A DNA stretch of 64,000 nt, taken from the IMG/VR virus record IMGVR_UViG_3300034170_000023, positions 19,208 to 83,207 of that record; one strand, 5' to 3'. Shown here piece after piece: positions 10,226 through 20,544 of the stretch. The notes below the pieces were generated by a model. It was not told the origin of the DNA. It saw only the letters and a program-made list of their open reading frames with translations, and did not search any database. The position numbers and the translations under genes were made by a program. How positions within the stretch are numbered: the stretch's first letter is position 1; every line of letters begins with the position of its first letter. Origin of the DNA: a virus.

Positions 10226-10450
10226 TTAAATTGTAATGTTGTTTGGTACTTGTTTATTATTAAAGTGTCGTCTTACTGCGTAGCCCCTCATCAAACTCCA
10301 GCAAGTACACGCAATAGTTGTGGAAGTTGCAATACCAATAGGGCTTGTAAAGAACATCAAGCAGCCTAGAGTTAGTAGCCAACTTCCGATCATGCCTATC
10401 GTAGTACTTGTTGCTATTTCAATCAAGGATTGTTTTCTAGTTTGTGTCAT
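10226..10450 (-). CDS. Small membrane protein
   Basis: QTRKQSLIE...2 TM...R.YAVRRHFN. Confidence 0.6.
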   Translation of the reverse strand: MTQTRKQSLIEIATSTTIGMIGSWLLTLGCLMFFTSPIGIATSTTIACTCWSLMRGYAVRRHFNNKQVPNNITI

Positions 10451-10928
10451 CCTTAGCCTTCTCCTGAACTAGTACACGTTCTGCAAAGAATACCAGCTTT
10501 TCAGCATCATAGACAGAGTTATTACCTTTCTTTTTCTTGCCGTTACGATCAGCAGCCATTCGCCAGATTGCCTTAAACAGATTCCCTTCAGCAAATGTCA
10601 AACCAAGAGATTCAATAATATCATTGGCTTCAGCATCATAAGGTCCAGCAAGTGTTGTAGGGTGGGCTACATGAACCTTGTAATAGTTAACAGAGCCTCC
10701 TGTGTGTTCGGCTTCTTGTGTAGTGGTGACCTTACTGACACTCAACAACTCAAGCTCATTCTCAAAGAATGCTTCTGGTCCAGTAGTACCTTCTGCATAT
10801 ACTTCGTACCCCCATCGGGTGTCAGTGCCTAGTACATAACCAATCCAACCTTCCGGTACAGTTGGTGTATCACGGATAGCAATAACTTTGTCGCCAATAT
10901 TAAATTTCTTACTTTCCACTACCGTCAT
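10437..10928 (-). CDS. DUF3310-like protein
   Basis: GGSVNYY...EANDIIE..G.TF.EGN.FKAIWR. Confidence 0.55.
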   Translation of the reverse strand: MTVVESKKFNIGDKVIAIRDTPTVPEGWIGYVLGTDTRWGYEVYAEGTTGPEAFFENELELLSVSKVTTTQEAEHTGGSVNYYKVHVAHPTTLAGPYDAEANDIIESLGLTFAEGNLFKAIWRMAADRNGKKKKGNNSVYDAEKLVFFAERVLVQEKAKDDTN

Positions 10929-11056
10929 TATGTAACTCCTTTAGTCTGCGAATTTGTTCGATCATATCTGCTTGTTGTTGACGCATATTGTGCATCTCCT
11001 TGTGAAGCTTGTCAACAACTGTTTCTAGTGTTTCTACTCGTTGGTAGAGTCTGAAA

Positions 11057-11611
11057 TCACGCATCTGTATGCCTTTCTGTGTACCCTGCACCTAGATTAT
11101 TAAGCTCTTGTATCATTTTATCACGGTACTCACAAGCTAAAGTAAAAGCTACCTCTCCATACTTTTTGTCTGTGAATGTTTTTGATTTCGGCTTACCATT
11201 GATATCTTTCCACTCAGCCCTCCACAACCACCTCTCTTCTCCTGCTATGTTGTATGCAATCCTGTATACCCCTAGGGTTTCATTAATACTATCAATATTC
11301 CTTTTTCTATTCCTCTGATTAATTTTAATCTCCACAAGACGAATGTTTTCAATACTATTGTTTAACTTGTTTCCATCAATATGATCAATAACTAGTCCAG
11401 TGGGTATAGGTCCGTTTATAGTCTCCCATAAAACTCTGTGAATCAGTTGAGTCCTACCATACCAACCCAATTGCCAATATCCGTGGCTGCCTACACACCC
11501 TACAATAGACCCCTTAGGCTTCTTCAGTCTTCCCCAAGAGTCACGGATATCCCTCTTAGCTACTATACCAGAAGGGCTTTCGCAGTTGTACTCTATATCC
11601 TCAATTTCCAT
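11057..11611 (-). mobile_element. Free-standing HNH homing endonuclease with AP2-like C-terminus
   Basis: HRVLW...IDHIDGNKLNN..EN.R...NQRN; C-terminal KTF...KYG..AF.LACEYR. Confidence 0.85.
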
Positions 11612-12374
11612 ATTTACTCATCACAAAATCTAGTGATATAAAAGAAGGTAGTCCAAACCCATCCTCAACTTCATGCAGCATTGTCAAACCCCTGAAATGA
11701 TTGTTACCTTGATGGCCCTTGTAATCCTCGTCAAATGGGTAACAAGCCCCGTTAATAACTCCAATCTGCATCTTACCATTCAGTGTTGGGCGGAGTGACA
11801 CATCTAATAACTGTTTATGTCCGACGACGAAGGAGCACCCCACAGTCTTAAGTTGTGCAAGAGCATTCCCCCCATAAGGTTTACCTGTAAATGGGTTAGC
11901 TAAGTAATGTACATAATTGATCCCATCAACAACAGCAGGCTTTAAAAACGGATACACAGTCCACCCATACTTCTCAAGGTTTAGCTGGGATGTTCCTAGA
12001 AAACCTGTGAACTCTGGATTATCATTTGCAAACCTATCAGCACGTGCCTCATGATTACCTAAGCAAAATACCATTTTTGGGTTATAGGCTTTCTTCTTGG
12101 CCTTTCGTTGGTTCTCCTGAACTCGCCAAATAGGTTCCATAATACGCCGCATTCCCTCATGACCAGCCTTTAGGTCATCTACTACCCTTCGGCCTTCAAA
12201 GCTTTTCTTGCCTTTGTCATAAGAACTTAGACTTTCCATATCAAAGTGATCACCAATATGCACAATCACATCTGGTTTCTTTGCTGCGATGTACTCGCCG
12301 ATTGCGGACAAATAGCTAAGGTCATGGCAAGGTTTGACTTGTGTATCGGCTATTACTAGATGTTTACGACTCAA
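11601..12374 (-). CDS. Calcineurin-like metallophosphoesterase
   Basis: DxQ, GDxxD, GNHE and GH motifs. Confidence 0.85.
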   Translation of the reverse strand: MSRKHLVIADTQVKPCHDLSYLSAIGEYIAAKKPDVIVHIGDHFDMESLSSYDKGKKSFEGRRVVDDLKAGHEGMRRIMEPIWRVQENQRKAKKKAYNPKMVFCLGNHEARADRFANDNPEFTGFLGTSQLNLEKYGWTVYPFLKPAVVDGINYVHYLANPFTGKPYGGNALAQLKTVGCSFVVGHKQLLDVSLRPTLNGKMQIGVINGACYPFDEDYKGHQGNNHFRGLTMLHEVEDGFGLPSFISLDFVMSKYGN

Positions 12375-12506
12375 TTTGCTTCTCCAATATAGTACCTGTT
12401 AGTTTAATATACATACAATCTAGGTCATTACTACTTGCGTAGAGTAGGTAGTCGTCTTCACTACTAAAGTCTACCCCACAGTATAAGAGGGTGTATTCTT
12501 GTAAGC

Positions 12507-12749
12507 TCACAGGATAACCTTATATTTAGCTTCAACAGCCATCTTATACAGATCATTGCAAATACTAATCATACTATCCAACACCTCTTGCTTTTTATAA
12601 ACACTGTTCTTGTGAAACTCATTAGAAATCTTCAGGTTACGTTCTTGCCAATTATCAATAAGCTCTTGTGGAGATTCTTGTTTATAATCACATTCTTTAT
12701 TGCTTGCAACATTGAATAAACTAATAACATTACTCACATCATGCCCCAT
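12507..12749 (-). CDS. Hypothetical protein
   Basis: ORF in operon. Confidence 0.45.
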   Translation of the reverse strand: MGHDVSNVISLFNVASNKECDYKQESPQELIDNWQERNLKISNEFHKNSVYKKQEVLDSMISICNDLYKMAVEAKYKVIL

Positions 12750-13176
12750 TGATTCATAGCTACAAACAAGAAGAGGTAATATTGAGATAGTGTAATATCA
12801 TCTTGGAATGCTGCTGAACAAAGGTAATTGTATAGTGTGGCGTATAGAGTTTTCATTCGTTCTCCTAGCAAACCATTTCAGGTTTATCAATACCAAGTTC
12901 TAGACAAAGTTTAGTAAGATTTTCGTCAGCCTCTTTCCATTTCTTAACGTATTCAATACTCCGTTCACGATTATCTTTTAGTTGTCCTGGAGTAAACTTT
13001 AAATCATTTAGGTTGAACTTGATCATTTTTCTAGTCCCTCTTCCTATTGTGGTATCCAATGCTTAGGTTTTGTTGCAGGGCCAGCTTTAGCTTGATAGAA
13101 GTATTGATTAACTTCCTGACGCAATTGTTTCAGTTCACTATCAAGTTGTGCAAACTTACGGAATAGTTCATCAATG

Positions 13177-13767
13177 TCACTCATTTTTATTCATCTCCTT
13201 ATTTAGTACATCACGAATAGCATTTCGTCTGGCTAATGGATTCTTTGCAGATGTAGAGCCTTTACTCTTAATCCATGCATCTTGCTGTGCTGCCTTCAGC
13301 TTACAGAGTTTGATAACCTCCTTCTCAATACGACTCTCTTCGAAGCTAATACCTAGAGACTCGGATAGTGTTTTGATTAAGTGATCTTCTTTGCAAAGTA
13401 CCTGCAATCCATCAAAGTTAACCATGAGAATATTATTGAAGTAAGACTCAAAGTCTGAGACTTTTGTAAAACTACTACCTCCAATATATTTATGGTCAAT
13501 TTCAATGTCAGCTAACTTAAACATGTTACCACATATCTCACACGGAACCAACCATTTTGTTCGTGTGGTGTCATCCATGTCAGGAATTGTTTTAGAGTAG
13601 AGATATGCTAACTTAACATCACTCTTCATCCATGCCTGCCTAATAGCTGACCTTACAACACTAACAACATGCTTCTCTTGTGGCGATCCATCTTCATTAA
13701 GTTTCTTTTTAAACTGTTGAAGTTTCTCTTCTCGCTTCTTGATATCAAATTGTGATGGGACTGTCAT
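13177..13767 (-). CDS. HNH-type (His-Me finger) nuclease of the replication module
   Basis: CEIC...IEIDH...LQVLCKEDH; coupled to the exonuclease gene. Confidence 0.7.
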   Translation of the reverse strand: MTVPSQFDIKKREEKLQQFKKKLNEDGSPQEKHVVSVVRSAIRQAWMKSDVKLAYLYSKTIPDMDDTTRTKWLVPCEICGNMFKLADIEIDHKYIGGSSFTKVSDFESYFNNILMVNFDGLQVLCKEDHLIKTLSESLGISFEESRIEKEVIKLCKLKAAQQDAWIKSKGSTSAKNPLARRNAIRDVLNKEMNKNE

Positions 13768-14711
13768 ACAAGATCAATCCCCATCTTACTCAAGGTTTGT
13801 TCTACATCCAACCTATCAGTTTCAAATCGTCGCATATGCGCACAATCCGTGTAAAGCTGCATCATCTGTAGCCAACTCCCTTTTACTTCTTCACCATTCC
13901 AAGCTGTGTACATAAACTCTTCTGGATACCAACCTTGATAAAGCTCCTTCATCTTCTCCCAACATTCTTTATCAGTAGTCAGTTGATCAAAGTCTTTGAA
14001 GGCGGATGCAGCACCATACTTAGCTGATACAAGTTCTGTAGGTTTATAACAGTCAGATGGATCACCTACACAGATTTGATAATAAAGAAACTTACGACCG
14101 TACCCCTTACCTTCTTTATTGAAACCACCTAACCCTGAGATATACATTGGCTCTTGCATCTTATCCCAGTTGTATAACCAACCCATGCACTGGTTTGCAT
14201 CCTTGTCAATCGTTGCCTGTACTATACGTTTTTTGGTAGTAAAACCTTCGTAAGCGTAAGCAGCTAGGACATCATCAGATTCCCGGCCATTAGCTTTTTC
14301 AGCCTTATATTTACCTATCAAGTAGTCTCTCGCTTCGGCTAAATGGAGTGGGCGCTGTGTATCTACACGGTTTGATTTGTACTTAGTTGGTAGGAGTAGA
14401 TTATCTCGGAAGTTGCCCTCACCTTGGACAACTACTTTCATTTCATCACAACCACTCTTCTCATGAATGCCTTGCAACATCATCTTCACAGTGTGTAGGC
14501 AGTTCTCTAAAGGTTCCGGTGTTTGTATGTCAGTGATTAAATAATCTTTAATATTCTTGTCAGCATCTTTAAGCCAAGCTTTGAATGCTGTCCGATTAGC
14601 AAACTCTACCTCTCGGTCATTATCAATATTCTTTACTAGGATTGTTCGTGTTTCACTTGCTGCTGATGCTTTGTAGCTGATTAAATCTCCATCGACTACG
14701 ACGAGGCTCAT
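13764..14711 (-). CDS. 5'-3' exonuclease (flap/T7 gp6-like)
   Basis: VDGD, NFR...YK.NR, ESDD, DKD, GDPSD. Confidence 0.9.
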   Translation of the reverse strand: MSLVVVDGDLISYKASAASETRTILVKNIDNDREVEFANRTAFKAWLKDADKNIKDYLITDIQTPEPLENCLHTVKMMLQGIHEKSGCDEMKVVVQGEGNFRDNLLLPTKYKSNRVDTQRPLHLAEARDYLIGKYKAEKANGRESDDVLAAYAYEGFTTKKRIVQATIDKDANQCMGWLYNWDKMQEPMYISGLGGFNKEGKGYGRKFLYYQICVGDPSDCYKPTELVSAKYGAASAFKDFDQLTTDKECWEKMKELYQGWYPEEFMYTAWNGEEVKGSWLQMMQLYTDCAHMRRFETDRLDVEQTLSKMGIDLV

Positions 14712-14724
14712 TCCTTACTCCTAT

Positions 14725-14749
14725 AAATAAGGGGCACGAAGCCCCTATT
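14725..14749 (-). terminator. Intrinsic terminator
   Basis: GGGGC-TTCGT-GCCCC plus TTATTT on the minus strand. Confidence 0.7.
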
Positions 14750-14764
14750 AAAACCAATCAAATC

Positions 14765-15046
14765 TTAGTAATTTGTCAACGTCTTATACTTAGCAATCAC
14801 CGCAGCGTTATCACCAGTAAACTCTTCAAACAATTGTTTAGCTTCTAGCTTAGCTGCCTGAGAAACGAATTTAATATCATCCTTTGAGATCCCTTTAGGA
14901 TTCTCATCCTTGTGAAATTTTGCATCAGCTTTCAAGGAAGCAATATCTTCAGAGAGTGTTAGTTGATCTGTAAAGAGTTTAACCAGACGATCAAAAAGTT
15001 GTTGTTCGTTCAAAGTTACTCGTGTCACTACGTTTGTATCAGTCAT
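14765..15046 (-). CDS. dsDNA-binding protein (T4 DsbA/GapR-like)
   Basis: RLVKL...LSEDIASLKADAK...GI helical pattern. Confidence 0.45.
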   Translation of the reverse strand: MTDTNVVTRVTLNEQQLFDRLVKLFTDQLTLSEDIASLKADAKFHKDENPKGISKDDIKFVSQAAKLEAKQLFEEFTGDNAAVIAKYKTLTNY

Positions 15047-15067
15047 TTGTAAATTCCTTTAGTTAAA

Positions 15068-15580
15068 TTAATATACGGTTGAAAGTGTTTGAATAGTATC
15101 AGAATAAACCCGTACAGCTTCTAGGTCATTATCCTTAATAGCTACTCGCAAAGCTGCAAAGAGAAGGCTTTCTGTTGAAACAGTTTCTTCCTGTGTCTGT
15201 GCTTGTACAACATAGTCATGAAGACGACTCTTTAGTTCATCACCTGAAATTGTAGGCTCTTTGACAAACTCATCATTCTCATCCAAGTCTACATTACTGC
15301 CATCAAAGTCTAGTGTAAAGAACAAACTCTTACAAAGTTTATAACCTTCTTCACAGCCACCATTGAAGTCTACATAAGCACTTACTTTATCGTAATCTTC
15401 TGCGTCAATATTGAATGGCTTTGATACTTTGTTAATTTTACTCAGCAAACTATTAACGCTAGGATTGTCATTATATCGAAGATTCCCCATAACGCAAGCT
15501 AGAATGTATGCTTCGGAATCTGTTAGGGATAGTGTGTGTTTTTTATTGCTCAAGTGTTTCTCCTTAAATTGGTGACTCAT
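15068..15580 (-). CDS. Hypothetical protein
   Basis: ORF in operon; true start probably downstream of the track start. Confidence 0.55.
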   Translation of the reverse strand: MSHQFKEKHLSNKKHTLSLTDSEAYILACVMGNLRYNDNPSVNSLLSKINKVSKPFNIDAEDYDKVSAYVDFNGGCEEGYKLCKSLFFTLDFDGSNVDLDENDEFVKEPTISGDELKSRLHDYVVQAQTQEETVSTESLLFAALRVAIKDNDLEAVRVYSDTIQTLSTVY

Positions 15581-15601
15581 CCTTGAGTCTTAGTTGTTAG
15601 A

Positions 15602-16246
15602 TCAGAACGGTAAATCAGACAGTTCGTCGTCTTCTAGCTCTACAACTTTCTTAGCAGTCTTCTTCACTGGTTCCTCAACCAAAGCTTTCTGTGCATCACT
15701 CTGCACTCGCTCAGGAATATCTGAGAAGTCATCTGCAAGTGATTCTACATCACCTAGCTCAGAGAAGTCATTAGATGCACCACCTTTCTTCTTATACTCA
15801 ACCAATGAATCAACCCGTACAGCCTTCAAACTAGAGAAGTGACCATACTCATTGTCTCGGATGTCATAACTAACAGTGCCTACAGAGCCGTTTGCAATGA
15901 GGATATCTTTAGTGATGTCCTGAAGCTTACCGTTATCACCTTTGAGGAAAGCACGAGGACGCATTGCATCAGGGATAGGTGTCAGATCCTTGTACTGAGC
16001 TGGCTTGCGAATAGCTAGAACGTAAAACTCATCATCGTCTGTTGGTGGTTCAATCTTGTAAGCCTTTTCAAAGTCTGAGCGATCAACTTCACGAGCTTTC
16101 TGTTTTGGAAATTCTTTGTTCCAAACTTTAGCTTCAGCTTTAGTGATGATCAAGTTCACTGAGAACTCTTTCTCTGTAGTAGAACCAAACTTGAAGTCTG
16201 GTTGTTGCAGTTTGACGTAAGCGAGAATGCCTGAAATAGTAGCCAT
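15602..16246 (-). CDS. Single-stranded DNA-binding protein (T7 gp2.5-like)
   Basis: IANGS motif; acidic tail ending DDELSDLPF. Confidence 0.75.
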   Translation of the reverse strand: MATISGILAYVKLQQPDFKFGSTTEKEFSVNLIITKAEAKVWNKEFPKQKAREVDRSDFEKAYKIEPPTDDDEFYVLAIRKPAQYKDLTPIPDAMRPRAFLKGDNGKLQDITKDILIANGSVGTVSYDIRDNEYGHFSSLKAVRVDSLVEYKKKGGASNDFSELGDVESLADDFSDIPERVQSDAQKALVEEPVKKTAKKVVELEDDELSDLPF

Positions 16247-16732
16247 GTTTAATATTTCCTTAAATTATTTCATCATTATTTACAGCGCTTTTGCCTAAAT
16301 GGCGTTATTGCTTTTACACAATTCTTTCTTAATGTTTCGTCTCTTTCAAGCCAACCACTTTACCACTCACCCCATCCTCTTGCAAGCTTTCTTTCAACAT
16401 TTCTTCAAGACTCGTTAGAGACTCTTTCAACACATTCTGTTTATAATCCCCCCACTTTAGGAAGTCTGCAAAATCACTGAATGTATATTCTGTTGTGAAG
16501 GAAGTGTCACCAACACGTTCAGATTCGCGGATGGTTACTAGAGACATATTAACTAACCACCTTACCAAAGATTGGCATGTATTGCTGCTTCACAATGTAA
16601 GCTTTCTTATCTGTCACTTTCAAAGCTTTCTTATACTCCCGTGCAAGCTTCAAAGAATTAGCTACAAAAGTAATTGTCCCTTTTGAAGAATGCACATCAT
16701 ACTTATAACTTAGTTTCATGTCAAGCTCCTAA

Positions 16733-16900
16733 TTATCGAATAACTTTCTGTTTGTTGAGTGTCCAGACATTCTGGATAATCTGAGACTTTACACCAACCT
16801 CGGTAAGCATTCGCTTGAAGTTGCGTGCCTCTTCACGAGTAGTAAAGCCACCAGTTGACCCATCTACATCTAGTACGACGTATTCAGTCTTAGTAGTCAC
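16733..16900 (-). CDS. Small protein, apparent paralog of the neighbouring 16923 ORF
   Basis: GTG start with AGGAG RBS; TREEAR...QKVIR versus TRSSAR...IKQVR. Confidence 0.5.
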   Translation of the reverse strand: MTTKTEYVVLDVDGSTGGFTTREEARNFKRMLTEVGVKSQIIQNVWTLNKQKVIR

Positions 16901-16922
16901 TTATAACTCTCCTTAGTCCCTA

Positions 16923-17096
16923 TCAGCGAACTTGTTTGATAGTAGTTGGAACGAATAGTGTCTGATAAATCTTAGCTGTCACAAACCCTTGTTCCTTAAC
17001 CTCTGCCAAAGCTGCTCGTGCAGAAGAACGTGTTGAAAGGTCATCTGCAAAGATGTTGGAAGCGTCTTGAATGCTGTAGGAATATTTAGTTTTCAT
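16923..17096 (-). CDS. Small hypothetical protein
   Basis: MKTKYSYSIQ..., GGGGG RBS. Confidence 0.55.
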   Translation of the reverse strand: MKTKYSYSIQDASNIFADDLSTRSSARAALAEVKEQGFVTAKIYQTLFVPTTIKQVR

Positions 17097-17097
17097 G

Positions 17098-17328
17098 TTA
17101 CTTACCCCCCGATTTAATTTGAATTGTAAAGTTGCTTTCAAACACTTTCAAGTCTTCATTATCTTGTGCAATGCCCTCAAGTCCATAGTAAACATTATCT
17201 ACAAATTTACGAACAGGACCACCTCCACCAATATTACCAAAGAGTTCATATACCCAATTAACTTCCTCTTGAGTTTCCAGAACAATACTCACTGGTTTGA
17301 AAGCTTCTGGTGCTTTAATGATTTTCAA
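17098..17328 (-). CDS. Hypothetical protein
   Basis: FKPVSIVLETQEE motif common in small phage proteins. Confidence 0.55.
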   Translation of the reverse strand: MKIIKAPEAFKPVSIVLETQEEVNWVYELFGNIGGGGPVRKFVDNVYYGLEGIAQDNEDLKVFESNFTIQIKSGGK

Positions 17329-17339
17329 TGTGTTTCCCC

Positions 17340-17669
17340 TTATTTAGTTTCGTAGACAGTGACCACTTTACTCTTTGCAAACACTTCTGTCAACTCAATT
17401 TCATCACTATCATTCTCATAAGCTCGCTCATCTTGGCATTCTGTCGCACCTACAGAGTAGGTTGAGCTATAGAACTTATTAGAGGTGAGGTCTTGATAAA
17501 TCACTTCGTGAATATTGCTCCAACGAGATGTGTCGATAAGCTCTGATTGGATGAGCTTAAATATTAGTGCTGGTTCACCATCAAACCAGTCTTCTTGCCA
17601 GTCAGATGTGTCTTCACCTACGGATAGTTCACCAGCTAGTAGTTGTGCAGTGGTCTTTGCAATCTTCAT
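17340..17669 (-). CDS. Conserved phage hypothetical protein
   Basis: SRWS...GATECQDE motif; AGGAG RBS. Confidence 0.65.
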   Translation of the reverse strand: MKIAKTTAQLLAGELSVGEDTSDWQEDWFDGEPALIFKLIQSELIDTSRWSNIHEVIYQDLTSNKFYSSTYSVGATECQDERAYENDSDEIELTEVFAKSKVVTVYETK

Positions 17670-17768
17670 TGTTTCTTCTCCTTATTTACTTTAGGGATTT
17701 CTATTCTAGACTTCTATTCCAGAAAACATATTCTACGTGTTATTGGTGAGGATGTACAGCGTTATTTT

Positions 17769-18314
17769 CTAGTTTGTGTGGGGTTGAGAAAGCATTTCTT
17801 TTTGCACAAACTCAAACAGTTCCCAGTTACTCCTGCCGTTGAACACGCTAGAAATCGTAGTACGCGGAAAGTCTAGCATGATTGCAATCTCATTAACACC
17901 TTTTCCTTGATGAGAAAGCAAAGCAATTTGACAAATGATTGACTCAGTTACCTTACGGTTTCGTTTGGGGCGATTTACATTGATTTTACCATCACGAATA
18001 CCATCAGCAGTATTTTGTTTAGGTGTTGTCCAATATAAATTGCTGACACTATTATTAGAGCGAGTGTGGTCCTTATGTCCAACCTGAGGTAGCTTATCAG
18101 GATTCTCAATAAATGCAATAGCTACTAAGCGATGAACATATCGAATACGAACTGCACTTCTAGGACCTTGAAGCCCCACATTCATATAACCAGCACCGTT
18201 ATCATGCCAAGCCATATACTTTTGGTTCTTCAAGTCTATTACGCGACCTAAGCTGCTGACTGCATACCTCTCTTGAATATCATCAATCAGTAATGGTTTC
18301 CATACTTCTTTCAC
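17769..18314 (-). mobile_element. NUMOD4-HNH homing endonuclease
   Basis: EVWKP...Y.VSSLGRV (NUMOD4); VHRLVA.AFI.NP...V.HKD..R.NN...NL.W...N; C-terminal HTH; overlaps the polymerase 3' end. Confidence 0.88.
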
Positions 18315-20499
18315 AATTTTTACCTTGTTTATCAGTTACATCCTCCGACACGGCTTCAATAAGTTTAGCTGCCTGATCAATGTAATACTTATAGTCAACT
18401 CCCCAAGAGAAGTCATTAATGTTATTGCATGTTCTCACATTCCAATCTGTATCAACACCTAACCGTCGATACTCACCACCTTCTACCATTGGCGGCATAA
18501 TCTTGATTAGTTTCCCACCCTCCTTTGCTGGATAATAACGGCAAATATTCTGCTGAGGGATATCTTCACCATCCTCAACAATCACCAAGCTACTACTGCG
18601 AGGCACTTTAGTCCTCAACATAAAATCATACTTGTTCTCATGCAGTCGAATAAATTCCTCAAAGTCAACACCATCAAGTAGCTGAGCTTTCACAGCCATC
18701 GGTATTACCATAGCCGAGTGGTTTTTATGCCATCCCAGTTTATCAAAGTCCATAAATTCATAGGCTCCTTTAAGCTTCACCTTACCGGACTCAGTTACCG
18801 AAATATAATTATTTACGTCTCGGATGAACATCTTAGAATAAGAGTCACCTTCCATTTGAAGCTTAGTAAGATCCTCCCACCATTTTACCCATTTATCAGC
18901 CTCTTCAAACTTGTCAACATCAATAATGTATTCAAACCCATCAGTATTACACATGATAATCCGGGCATCACAATGGTCAATTAGTTTTTCCATCAGCATA
19001 CACAGTGATAGCTGACCACCAATAGTGATCGCCATTGTGTATGCTGGATCAAGTAATGGGCTGAACTCATTATTCGAGTCTCCGTATACACCGTTCAATG
19101 CCAGCTTTAACGCAGCATTAGATGCTGACCCTTTTGGGGTTGCCTTTCGTTGCTCATATAGGTCAGAGTACACCTTACAGAATGTCTTACCCAAATGTTG
19201 CGGGTAAATCTGGTTAGCAATGGCCATATTTGGGTAGTAGCTAGCAACGTCAAGCGTCCTAACCTTACGAGTCTCAGTGCTGTGGATATTACCTTGGGTC
19301 GCCCCGTGAATACCACCCACGCCATAATCGTAACGAAATCCGTTAATAACTACATTCAATGTTTCCGCAACACTCCAGCACCAATAATAACTCTTCGCTC
19401 CTTTCGGTGATTTAAGTTCTTTCTCTTCAATCCAACCTAATGGTTGTTCTTTCTTAAGATCAATTATATGGAGTTGTTGAGGGTAGAAAGTTTTACTTCT
19501 AGTCCCTTTATAATCATCAAATCCATACTTTGTACAATCATTCAGATTTCCAAGTTTCTTTTTCTTCACAACCATTTCAGCATACTTAGCAACATCACCA
19601 AGTTGGTGTTCCATCAAATCACTAAATACGCCTTTTGTCTCAGTAATGATCTGACCTTGGAACCACTTATGAATAGCTTTGAACTCTGGTCTATCGAATG
19701 TGATATATGGGAATAGACAATCCTTGATAATGATCTTAGCTCGCTTTGTCTGTCTCACCTCACGCCCATACTCAGTTTTCAAGTAGCAGCTTCCGGGGGC
19801 TTCCTTTTCCAGTGTGCGGATAAACAACTCTTTACCAATCTTTGTATCATTGAAATTTGTACAATCAAAGCCAAACTGTGTTGTCAGCTCTGCTCGGAGT
19901 TTCAGGTTCTCATAGGAATACCAATAAAACTTTAGTGTCTCACTGACATCGTGCTTGTTATATTTGATAAGTACATCTTTTTCTGCATCAGTCAATACTG
20001 TACCCACAGGGTATGGAAGGTCTTCAATATTAGTAGACCTCATGTTGTATTCAAGCATCTTTAGGGATGTTGAGCGTGCCCTGTTATCAAAGTGATGAAT
20101 CTTAAACAGATCGACTTGTGGAATTACAACATCTTTTTCTTTGATTGCGCTACCAAACTTTTCGTCCTTATTAGAGTTGATAATTTTCATTGCAACATCG
20201 TAAAGCTCTTTAGCTGTCACTTTGAGTTTCTTATCTGTCCCATGAATCTTTCGGGCTTTCTGCAAAATGTGATGAACCACAGGGTAGTCGAAGTTATTGT
20301 TGTTGAAGCCGACAAACCTATGACCTGCACTCTTGACTTTACGAAAGAACTCAAGAAGCTCACCTACTTCATTTTTACGGTCACTAATTTCAAAGGCTCG
20401 CATACCTTTACCATTCGCATATACAGCAGCAAATGTAAAGGTGTTTGGGAAAGTTTCAATATCAAACACCCAGTCACCATTAAAGAATTTCTTTTCCAC
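18283..20499 (-). CDS. DNA polymerase, family B type, with 3'-5' exonuclease
   Basis: Exonuclease DIE, FNN..FD and YNKHD; polymerase DVASYYP, KLALNGVYG and NTDG. Confidence 0.9.
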   Translation of the reverse strand: MEKKFFNGDWVFDIETFPNTFTFAAVYANGKGMRAFEISDRKNEVGELLEFFRKVKSAGHRFVGFNNNNFDYPVVHHILQKARKIHGTDKKLKVTAKELYDVAMKIINSNKDEKFGSAIKEKDVVIPQVDLFKIHHFDNRARSTSLKMLEYNMRSTNIEDLPYPVGTVLTDAEKDVLIKYNKHDVSETLKFYWYSYENLKLRAELTTQFGFDCTNFNDTKIGKELFIRTLEKEAPGSCYLKTEYGREVRQTKRAKIIIKDCLFPYITFDRPEFKAIHKWFQGQIITETKGVFSDLMEHQLGDVAKYAEMVVKKKKLGNLNDCTKYGFDDYKGTRSKTFYPQQLHIIDLKKEQPLGWIEEKELKSPKGAKSYYWCWSVAETLNVVINGFRYDYGVGGIHGATQGNIHSTETRKVRTLDVASYYPNMAIANQIYPQHLGKTFCKVYSDLYEQRKATPKGSASNAALKLALNGVYGDSNNEFSPLLDPAYTMAITIGGQLSLCMLMEKLIDHCDARIIMCNTDGFEYIIDVDKFEEADKWVKWWEDLTKLQMEGDSYSKMFIRDVNNYISVTESGKVKLKGAYEFMDFDKLGWHKNHSAMVIPMAVKAQLLDGVDFEEFIRLHENKYDFMLRTKVPRSSSLVIVEDGEDIPQQNICRYYPAKEGGKLIKIMPPMVEGGEYRRLGVDTDWNVRTCNNINDFSWGVDYKYYIDQAAKLIEAVSEDVTDKQGKNCERSMETITD

Positions 20500-20544
20500 C
20501 GCTAAATCTCCTAATCTGAACGGAGGATTCTAGCCCTCCTTATT